From positions 40,627 to 104,626 of IMG/VR virus record IMGVR_UViG_3300021963_000057: 64,000 nt of DNA; one strand, given 5' to 3'. Shown in pieces: positions 26,813-33,532 of the stretch. The notes under the pieces are model-generated. The model was not told the DNA's origin and ran no database searches. It saw only the letters and a program-made list of their open reading frames with translations. A program made the translations under genes and the position numbers. How positions within the stretch are numbered: the first letter of the stretch is position 1; each line of letters opens with the position of its first letter. The DNA comes from a virus.

Positions 26813-27009
26813 ACTTGTTTTAATGTTGTTAAGACAAACTCTTTTTCTTGTTGAATATATAATTCATCATCTATGAAAGATTTTTTCTCAGTAACATATG
26901 ATTCGATGAAATCAGATTCAATACAGTAATAAGCATGAGGCACATATTTTTGGTGTGCGAATAGTTTATAAAATATTTGTACTGTAGGTTTTTGTTCGTA
27001 AGGTATCAT
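26785..27009 (-). CDS. Hypothetical protein antisense to tRNA array
   Basis: 74 aa from ATG 27009; ATAAATA just upstream on minus strand; fills a 210-nt gap. Confidence 0.45.
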   Translation of the reverse strand: MIPYEQKPTVQIFYKLFAHQKYVPHAYYCIESDFIESYVTEKKSFIDDELYIQQEKEFVLTTLKQVGAPTKNRT

Positions 27010-27022
27010 ATGAGTATTTATT

Positions 27023-27099
27023 GCCCCGGTGACGGAATTGGTATACGTGTTGGTCTTAGAAGCCAAATTTTAGGAGTTCGAGTCTCCTCTGGGGCACCA
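27023..27099 (+). tRNA. tRNA-Leu (TAG), short variable loop
   Basis: Loop CTTAGAA, ACCA. Confidence 0.87.
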
Positions 27100-27105
27100 A
27101 ACATT

Positions 27106-27180
27106 CCGGCGTTAGTATAATGGATAATACAGCGGTCTTCTACACCGTGAATGTGGGTTCGATTCCTGCACGCCGGACCA
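27106..27180 (+). tRNA. tRNA-Arg (TCT)
   Basis: Loop CTTCTAC, CCA. Confidence 0.9.
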
Positions 27181-27198
27181 TTTTTTGAGGAGTTTAAT

Positions 27199-27774
27199 AT
27201 GCCATCAGTATTTCTTACAAGTGACACACACTTTGGTCACGCTGGTGTGTGTAGATTTCTCCGTGATGACGGTGTGACAAAGCTTAGGCCATGGGATAAT
27301 CCAGAAGAAATGGATGAAGAAATGGTGAAGCGTTGGAACGAAACAGTCGGGCCAAATGATAAAGTATATCATCTTGGTGATGTTGTTATCAACCGCAAAG
27401 CACTTAGCATTATGCATAGACTTAACGGTGATAAAGTTCTGATTCGTGGTAACCATGATATCTTCAAAGATGAGGATTATAGACAACACTTCCGTGAGCT
27501 ACGTGCTTATCATGTAATGAACGGAATGATTCTGTCTCATATTCCAATTCATACAGAAAGTCTTGGTCGTTTTGGTGTCAACATTCATGGACATCTTCAT
27601 GCTAACCGTGTGACTATGGGAAATGGATATAGAAGTGTAATCGACACCAGATACCATTGTGTTTGTGTTGAACAAACAGATTTCAGACCGATTCTTTTTG
27701 AGGATGTTATGAAACGAATCAAAGAAGAAGGTGGTGAGGTCGGTTTCCGTAATGGAAACGGACCTGCCATGTGA
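27199..27774 (+). CDS. Calcineurin-like metallophosphoesterase
   Basis: SDTHFGH, HLGD, GNHD, HGHLH; GAGGAG RBS. Confidence 0.92.
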   Translation: MPSVFLTSDTHFGHAGVCRFLRDDGVTKLRPWDNPEEMDEEMVKRWNETVGPNDKVYHLGDVVINRKALSIMHRLNGDKVLIRGNHDIFKDEDYRQHFRELRAYHVMNGMILSHIPIHTESLGRFGVNIHGHLHANRVTMGNGYRSVIDTRYHCVCVEQTDFRPILFEDVMKRIKEEGGEVGFRNGNGPAM

Positions 27775-27775
27775 T

Positions 27776-27859
27776 GCGAGTATGGGGGAATTGGTAGACC
27801 CAGCAGACTTAAAATCTGCCGCCTTGTGCGTACCGGTTCGACTCCGGTTACTCGTACCA
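27776..27859 (+). tRNA. tRNA-Leu (TAA)
   Basis: Loop CTTAAAA, variable arm, CCA. Confidence 0.92.
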
Positions 27860-27879
27860 AATATTTTTTAAAAATATGC

Positions 27880-27908
27880 TTGCCAAGAGATTGAAAAGCA
27901 TATATAAT
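27880..27908 (+). promoter_or_regulatory. Sigma70 promoter
   Basis: TTGCCA-N17-TATAAT. Confidence 0.65.
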
Positions 27909-27919
27909 ACACACATGAT

Positions 27920-27994
27920 GCGGGCGTGGTGCTAGTGGTAACACGTAACCTTGCCAAGGTCAAGTTGCGGGTTCGATTCCCGCCGCCCGCTCCA
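27920..27994 (+). tRNA. tRNA-Gly (GCC)
   Basis: Loop TTGCCAA, TCCA. Confidence 0.93.
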
Positions 27995-28000
27995 ATTTTC

Positions 28001-28074
28001 GCCCTACTAGTATAATGGCATTACACTGGTTTTGTAATCCTGTGATGGCAGTTCGATTCTGTCGTGGGGCACCA
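28001..28074 (+). tRNA. tRNA-Thr (TGT), weak anticodon stem
   Basis: Loop TTTGTAA, two T-T mismatches in stem, CCA. Confidence 0.8.
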
Positions 28075-28080
28075 AACATT

Positions 28081-28132
28081 GTGGTATATTTACAACATAC
28101 CGCTTGACTACAACAAATTTTTGTGTTATACT
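28081..28132 (+). promoter_or_regulatory. Palindromic operator plus promoter (copy 3)
   Basis: GTGGTATATTTACAAC, 7 nt, TTGACT-N17-TATACT. Confidence 0.7.
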
Positions 28133-28161
28133 ACACAGTATTGAAAGATTGAAAAGGTTTT

Positions 28162-28317
28162 AGGTTAGTTACAGCATTATTCATTAATACTGGACTGTTA
28201 GGTAACTATGGTAAATGCTGGAGGTTTCGACCTTTGAAGGTGTTTATTGAAATAGTCCTAACAAAGGTGAGTTTCGATTTTCTCACTGTAAACAAAAAGT
28301 AGAAAGCTAACCTGTTG
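28162..28317 (+). ncRNA. Scaffold RNA copy 4 (long hairpin plus T-arm-like hairpin)
   Basis: AGGTTAG-N3-CAGCA ... CTAACCTGTTG; TGTTAGG/CCTAACA, GTGAG..TTCGA..CTCAC. Confidence 0.68.
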
Positions 28318-28322
28318 TTTTT

Positions 28323-28442
28323 AGAATACTCACAGCAAACAATTTTTCCGCTTATAACGGAGAGGTTACAGGTTCGAATCCTGTTTTACGCTTCATGCGT
28401 GAATAGCACAATTGGTAGTGCGCTAAAAAATGTATTCTGTTG
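28323..28442 (+). ncRNA. Scaffold RNA copy 5 (circularly permuted tRNA-Ile TAT)
   Basis: AGAATAC-N3-CAGCA ... GTATTCTGTTG enclosing anticodon arm, T arm, loop-closed acceptor, D arm. Confidence 0.78.
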
Positions 28443-28463
28443 TTTTTTTATGAGGAGTAAGTT

Positions 28464-29891
28464 ATGTCAACTTTTGTAGATGCCGTTGTTAATCAAGATG
28501 CCCGTACCGCAAACGGTATGAAGGCTCGTAAGTCCACTGCTAATGCAGTTGTAGATTTGTTCTACAATGCAGGTGCTTCACGTGGTAAAAACATTGTGCC
28601 TGCTTTTGCAGCTGCAATGGCAGAAAACCGTGAACTCGCTTTGCGTGTTGCTGCTTGGTTGCGTGATGCTCGTGGTGGTGCCGGTGAACGTGAATCGTTC
28701 CGTACTATCTTGCGTTATTTGGAAAAGAATGACGTAGAAGCCGCAAAAGCATTGTTGACAAAGGTTCCTGAATTGGGCCGTTGGGACGACATTTTTGTAT
28801 TTGATTCTGACGTTATGAAGTCAGCAGCATTCACTATGTTGGGTGATGCGCTTCGTGCGAAGAATGGATTAGCTGCAAAGTGGACTCCTCGCCAAGGTAA
28901 ACTAGCGGCTGAAATCCGTCAGTTCTTTGGTATGTCCCCAAAGTTTTACCGTAAGTCTTTGGTTGAAATGACCAAAGTAGTTGAAACTCAAATGTGTGCG
29001 AAAGATTGGGATTCCATTAATTTCTCACACGTACCTTCCGTAGCGGCATCCCGTTACAAGAAGGCTTTTAATCGTAACACTCCAACTTATGCAGCTTATG
29101 TTGCTTCGTTGGTTAAGGGTGATAACCCTGAAGTTAAGGTTAATGCAGGTGCTGTGTTCCCATACGATGTGCTGAAAGGCCGTATCGGTGGTTACATTAA
29201 ATTCGACAAGACCGAATTGGACTTGGTGCAAAAACAATGGGAGGCTTTGCCTAACTTTGTTGGTGACGCAAACATTCTACCTTTGGTGGATGTTTCAGGT
29301 TCAATGACCTGCGCTGCAGGTGGTTATGGTTCCAAATCAGGTCTAACCTGTTTGGAAGTAGCAGTCTCTTTGGGACTATACTTGGCAGATAAGAATGAAG
29401 GCAAGTTCAAGGACACCTTCCTAACTTTCTCTGACAAACCAGAATTGTTGCACTTGAAAGGTAACATTAACCAAAAGATTGACCAAATGGTTAAATCTGA
29501 TTGGGGTATGTCTACTAACCTACACAAGGCGTTTGAAAGAATCCTTGATGTAGCAGTAAAAGGTGGCGTGCCACAAGAAGAAATGCCAGCGATGGTATTG
29601 ATTCTGTCAGACATGCAATTTAACGCTTGCGTTAGACATGATGACTCTGCTATGCAGATGATTGCACGTAAGTACAAAGAAGCAGGATATGATTTGCCAA
29701 AAGTTGTATTCTGGAACTTGAATGCCGCATACGGCAACGCTCCAGTAAAGTTCGATACTTCTGGTACTGCATTGGTATCTGGTTTCTCACCAGCAGTCGT
29801 AAAACCACTGTTGGCTGGTGACCTAGAAACCTTTACACCAGAATCTGTGATGCTTAAAACCATCATGGATGACCGTTACAAAGTATTGTGA
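28464..29891 (+). CDS. DUF2828 family, Ro60/TROVE-like protein with C-terminal vWA domain
   Basis: RDARGGAGER, GRWDD, AAKWTPR, MIDAS-like DVSGSM, SDMQF, VFWNL, VSGFSP. Confidence 0.85.
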   Translation: MSTFVDAVVNQDARTANGMKARKSTANAVVDLFYNAGASRGKNIVPAFAAAMAENRELALRVAAWLRDARGGAGERESFRTILRYLEKNDVEAAKALLTKVPELGRWDDIFVFDSDVMKSAAFTMLGDALRAKNGLAAKWTPRQGKLAAEIRQFFGMSPKFYRKSLVEMTKVVETQMCAKDWDSINFSHVPSVAASRYKKAFNRNTPTYAAYVASLVKGDNPEVKVNAGAVFPYDVLKGRIGGYIKFDKTELDLVQKQWEALPNFVGDANILPLVDVSGSMTCAAGGYGSKSGLTCLEVAVSLGLYLADKNEGKFKDTFLTFSDKPELLHLKGNINQKIDQMVKSDWGMSTNLHKAFERILDVAVKGGVPQEEMPAMVLILSDMQFNACVRHDDSAMQMIARKYKEAGYDLPKVVFWNLNAAYGNAPVKFDTSGTALVSGFSPAVVKPLLAGDLETFTPESVMLKTIMDDRYKVL

Positions 29892-29915
29892 TGGTATGGG
29901 GACTCGAAAGAGTCC

Positions 29916-29999
29916 TCATTTTAAAACACACTGCCGAAGTTGGTTCGGTTAGGCAGGCTGCATCCAACAAGCCATGTCCGTGAGTGTGTTTTAAAATGA
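29916..29999 (+). ncRNA. Structured RNA closed by AAAACACACT/AGTGTGTTT stem (copy 2)
   Basis: Perfect 17-bp closing stem; preceded by GGGGACTC-GAAA-GAGTCCTC hairpin. Confidence 0.45.
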
Positions 30000-30016
30000 T
30001 GTATATATAGATATAT

Positions 30017-30090
30017 GCGGGATTAGTTTAATGGCAAAACTAGAGATTTCCAATCTTTCGTCATCAGTTCGATTCTGATATCCCGCTCCA
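30017..30090 (+). tRNA. tRNA-Gly (TCC)
   Basis: Loop TTTCCAA, TCCA. Confidence 0.92.
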
Positions 30091-30096
30091 TTTAAT

Positions 30097-30166
30097 GCGG
30101 CAAACGTAATAACATCACAGGAATGCCCTTCTTGTGACGGCTGTGGAAATCAGTCTTGCCGCTCCA
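30097..30166 (+). tRNA. D-armless tRNA-Gly-like RNA (GCC)
   Basis: GCGGCAA/TTGCCGC-TCCA, 8-bp stem with loop ATGCCCT, T-like arm GGCTG/CAGTC. Confidence 0.6.
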
Positions 30167-30179
30167 CTTTGAGGACACT

Positions 30180-30425
30180 ATGAATATTAAACCATTGCAC
30201 GATAAAGTATTGATTGAACGGCTTGAGAACATCAAAGAGACCGCTTCAGGTATCATCCTAAGACACTCCGAAGAACCTGATAGAGCAAGAGTACTTGCAG
30301 TTGGTCCATTAGTTACTGAGGTGCAGGTTGGTGATGTAGTTCAACCAGATTGGGGTAAAGCTGCAGCAGTGCAAGAATATTTCGTAGTGAAGATTGAAGA
30401 TATTGCTTATATCTACGGAGAGTAA
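30180..30425 (+). CDS. groES: Co-chaperonin GroES
   Basis: IKPLHDKVLI, TASGIIL, VLAVGP, VQVGDVV. Confidence 0.9.
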   Translation: MNIKPLHDKVLIERLENIKETASGIILRHSEEPDRARVLAVGPLVTEVQVGDVVQPDWGKAAAVQEYFVVKIEDIAYIYGE

Positions 30426-30427
30426 AA

Positions 30428-30526
30428 ATGGAAATAGGAATTTTACTGTTAGGTGTGTCGTTTAGTTTAGGAACGATTGGTGCTTTGGCAATTTATATCT
30501 CATACATACTCAATTCCGGAGAGTAA
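30428..30526 (+). CDS. 32 aa membrane micropeptide
   Basis: GGAGAG RBS; MEIGILLLGVSFSLGTIGALAIYISYILNSGE. Confidence 0.55.
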   Translation: MEIGILLLGVSFSLGTIGALAIYISYILNSGE

Positions 30527-30528
30527 AA

Positions 30529-30756
30529 ATGTCAGATGGTGGTAAAGGTTCTAGTCCAAGACCGTTCAGTGTTTCACAAGAAACATTTGGTAATAACTAC
30601 GACAATATTTTTAGAAAACCATCACAAAAAGAAGTAGAACAAGATAAGTACGAACAAGAAGAATTCGATAGAATCTTAGAAGAAAATCGTTTACGTCAAA
30701 AGGCTTTAGAAGCCATGGTCCATGAAAATGAAAGATTGGGCTTATACAAAGATTGA
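30529..30756 (+). CDS. Hypothetical protein
   Basis: RBS; GGKGSSPRP start. Confidence 0.7.
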   Translation: MSDGGKGSSPRPFSVSQETFGNNYDNIFRKPSQKEVEQDKYEQEEFDRILEENRLRQKALEAMVHENERLGLYKD

Positions 30757-30829
30757 TGCGGATTGGTGAAATAGTATCACAGTGGGCTCATAATCCTCAG
30801 TTCCGGTGCAACTCCGTGGTCCGCAACCA
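30757..30829 (+). tRNA. tRNA-Met (CAT), initiator-like, degenerate T arm
   Basis: TGCGGAT/GTCCGCA, GGG-CTCATAA, ACCA. Confidence 0.65.
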
Positions 30830-31603
30830 CTAATCTTTATACACTTCATATATAAATTCCGCTTCAGGAATTCTAGTCTTAGTGTTCTTACTACCAAGAA
30901 CCACAACAATTCTATCACCTTCACTTGTATCTAATAGAAGGGTGATACATCCACCCGATTCATTTATAAATCCAGTTTTACTAACTATGATATTTTGGTA
31001 ATGACCAATCATAGGGTTTGTATTGCGGAAAACAAACCATTTTTTCTTCACTTGTATTTTTATTTCAGACCTACGGCTAGCATAGACAATACTTTCATAT
31101 TCAGCCGCTGCCTTTGTTAATGTTATAAGTTCTCTTGCCGTACTAACATTTCTTTCATCCAGACCAGTTGGTTCATATACTATGGATTTTTCCATGTTTA
31201 ATTTCTTCAACTTGTCATTCATTGCCTTTACACAGGCCGTCATACCACCAGGATAATTTTCACATAAAGTATACGCAGCTCTGTTGTTGCTATGTACTAT
31301 TGTCATCAAAATTAAATTTGACCTACTCACTAATTGGTTCTTTACTGGTAACCTATCACGCAATTTTGTAGTCATTGTCAACATTTGGTTCATATCAGGT
31401 TTTGTGTCCATCACAACCATAACAGTTAACAATTTTGTTATACTAGCGATTGACCTAACCTTATCAACATCTTCGCCATCTATTATGGTACCATTTAAAT
31501 CCGACACAAGCCAGGATTTGGCCGTAAAGAATCCTGCTTGGACTGTTTGTTGGCCAAGAAGTAAGGTAAAAAATAACAGTATAGTAAAAATTCTATATAA
31601 CAA
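30830..31603 (-). CDS. D-Ala-D-Ala peptidase, S11 family (PBP7-like)
   Basis: Signal peptide, SxxK (ASITK), SxN (SNN), KTG. Confidence 0.92.
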   Translation of the reverse strand: MLYRIFTILLFFTLLLGQQTVQAGFFTAKSWLVSDLNGTIIDGEDVDKVRSIASITKLLTVMVVMDTKPDMNQMLTMTTKLRDRLPVKNQLVSRSNLILMTIVHSNNRAAYTLCENYPGGMTACVKAMNDKLKKLNMEKSIVYEPTGLDERNVSTARELITLTKAAAEYESIVYASRRSEIKIQVKKKWFVFRNTNPMIGHYQNIIVSKTGFINESGGCITLLLDTSEGDRIVVVLGSKNTKTRIPEAEFIYEVYKD

Positions 31604-31628
31604 TCGAATGCTCCGTAGGGATTATACA

Positions 31629-31907
31629 TCATGGTGCCTCCACCCTAGATTTACATGCTCTAGCATTGTTTATGGAAGTCGTATGTACAACTTTATTTCC
31701 ACCTCTTGTTGATGGACATTTATATTCACACACTTGTAATCCTTTCGAATCGGTAAAAGTTCTGTCCAGTTTACAGTATTCGGAACTTTGATAAGTGCTT
31801 TTTGTATATATGACAGCATCCGGCATCAAATTTATATTGATGGTCGGATGTGTAACAATTAATGTGGCACTAGTTGTCAACAATGTGAATAGAAGTTTAT
31901 TTTTCAT
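31629..31907 (-). CDS. Hypothetical secreted Cys-containing protein
   Basis: Hydrophobic N-terminus, 4 Cys. Confidence 0.6.
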   Translation of the reverse strand: MKNKLLFTLLTTSATLIVTHPTININLMPDAVIYTKSTYQSSEYCKLDRTFTDSKGLQVCEYKCPSTRGGNKVVHTTSINNARACKSRVEAP

Positions 31908-32167
31908 TTGTTAAAAAAGTCCATGAAAAATTTAAAGAAACGCATTTTTTCGGCATCAAAGTCGTGCGTCAAATCTTCAATTTGTTTATTCTTCCGATCC
32001 AATTCTTCTTTAATATCAATATACAAATAATAAGCAACTAATGAAAAACATAAACTAAATGTAACAATTACAATAATTATGTTTATGAAATCTACCAGTA
32101 AAATAATAAAAACTGGTGAGAGCAGTAGACCAGCAACTATGAGTGCTGATTGGTAATTTGTTTTCAT
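31904..32167 (-). CDS. Hypothetical membrane protein
   Basis: Two hydrophobic segments, coupled overlap. Confidence 0.65.
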   Translation of the reverse strand: MKTNYQSALIVAGLLLSPVFIILLVDFINIIIVIVTFSLCFSLVAYYLYIDIKEELDRKNKQIEDLTHDFDAEKMRFFKFFMDFFNK

Positions 32168-32304
32168 CTTTTAGTATACCACCAAACAAATGTTAGTACA
32201 CCAGCACCAGCCAATAACAGTAAAAGATAAAAGAATAATAAAAATTTAGCTAATCCTAAGTCATCAAATACCCATTCTAAAAATGTGTATCTATTGTTTT
32301 TCAT
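32164..32304 (-). CDS. 46 aa membrane protein (not in ORF track)
   Basis: MKNNRYTFLEWVFDDLGLAKFLLFFYLLLLLAGAGVLTFVWWYTKR; ATGA overlaps on both sides. Confidence 0.7.
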   Translation of the reverse strand: MKNNRYTFLEWVFDDLGLAKFLLFFYLLLLLAGAGVLTFVWWYTKR

Positions 32305-33131
32305 TCTTGATTTGTTATTAACCTCTTATTACTTTCGTAGTTTTGTTCATCCAGATATCTTATTGCATCTTTAATTTTTTGAGCTTCATATCTTTTTTGT
32401 TTCTCCAATTCATTTCGATAGGTTCCACTCCATAATTCTGGATGTCTTTCTCTTGAATCATAGTATAACCAAGTCCAAAATAAACCCATGAAAACAAACA
32501 AAATAAGAAATGCACCAATCATACCAAATTCCATCTTATAGTGTTCAATTCTTTGTGCTCTTCTTTTTGCTTTTTTGGCTTCTTCTTCCATTTGTTTAGC
32601 AACAAGAATTTTTTGTTGAGCACCCAACTCCTTTGTCATATTCTCAACATCAGTATACAAAGCACCAAGTTCAGGTGGACTTTGATATATCATTAGTTCA
32701 CGCAATTCTGTACCCATTTGTTCTAATTGTTTTTTCATTAGAACACGTTGCAAAGCACGTTTTGCTAAACTGTCGCCACCGGTATAGACTTCGGTTTTAC
32801 TACGCTTTTCTTCTTGTTCTAATACTGCCAAACATTTGTAGTAATTGTCATAATATTGCCCAAGGTAATCACCTATCTCTGTATAAATATTGGTGCTTTC
32901 TTCGCTACGTTTATTCAATTCTTTAATACGTGTTTTTTCTTCCTGTAACTGTTTCGCAGCTGCAGGAGGTACAGGTTTACCTTCATATTTTTTGTGGAAC
33001 TGGTCGTCCAAATCCTTGAGGACTGCTTTAACATCCCCAGCGGCACCTTTAATATCTTTGTATAATTGACAACCTTTTTTGACAGCGGCAACTGCACCGT
33101 TGGCCAAGGCGAAAAGTGTGAACGGATCCAT
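32301..33131 (-). CDS. Coiled-coil protein with one transmembrane helix
   Basis: MDPFTLFALANGAV start, TM near C-terminus. Confidence 0.75.
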   Translation of the reverse strand: MDPFTLFALANGAVAAVKKGCQLYKDIKGAAGDVKAVLKDLDDQFHKKYEGKPVPPAAAKQLQEEKTRIKELNKRSEESTNIYTEIGDYLGQYYDNYYKCLAVLEQEEKRSKTEVYTGGDSLAKRALQRVLMKKQLEQMGTELRELMIYQSPPELGALYTDVENMTKELGAQQKILVAKQMEEEAKKAKRRAQRIEHYKMEFGMIGAFLILFVFMGLFWTWLYYDSRERHPELWSGTYRNELEKQKRYEAQKIKDAIRYLDEQNYESNKRLITNQE

Positions 33132-33149
33132 TTTATACCATTTTTTCTA

Positions 33150-33178
33150 TTGACAGCATACTAAAAAAATGATATAAT
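33150..33178 (+). promoter_or_regulatory. Sigma70 promoter for polymerase operon
   Basis: TTGACA-N17-TATAAT. Confidence 0.8.
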
Positions 33179-33220
33179 GTTTGATCCAAATCAACTATAA
33201 TTATTTAGGACAGGACTATT

Positions 33221-33532
33221 ATGAAAATATATGCAATGAAATTAGTAACCGGTGAAGAACTCATTGGTGAAGTTGAATCGGAATATGCTGATGGAATGGT
33301 AATTAAAAACCCATTGGGTATTGCGATTGTACGTGGTAAAGATGGTCAACCAAACGTAGGTTTTGCACCATTTCCAATCCACGCAGAACAAAAATCAGAC
33401 TCAACCATTGACTTGAGGCGTGAACATATTGTATACTACTATGTTCCAGCAGAAGATTTTGTTAAGAACTACGACCAAATTTTTGGTGTAGGCATCATTC
33501 TTCCAGGTCAACAACAAATTATTACAGGTTAA
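33221..33532 (+). CDS. Hypothetical protein (Sm-like) preceding gp43
   Basis: KLVTGEELIG pattern. Confidence 0.7.
   Translation: MKIYAMKLVTGEELIGEVESEYADGMVIKNPLGIAIVRGKDGQPNVGFAPFPIHAEQKSDSTIDLRREHIVYYYVPAEDFVKNYDQIFGVGIILPGQQQIITG

Noticed and set aside
27018-27944. Track ORFs 27018-27227(-), 27597-27944(-) and the 5' extension of 27151
   Set aside because: Antisense or overlapping translations of tRNAs; the real start is 27199 after GAGGAG
24868-28442. Scaffold repeats as a CRISPR array or type III antitoxin array
   Set aside because: Copies are dispersed, variable in length and paired end to end; no regular repeat-spacer period and no recognisable cas or ToxN gene
30757-30830. Prophage attachment site at tRNA 3' end
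   Set aside because: No integrase and no duplicated tRNA 3' end seen; both flanks are phage genes
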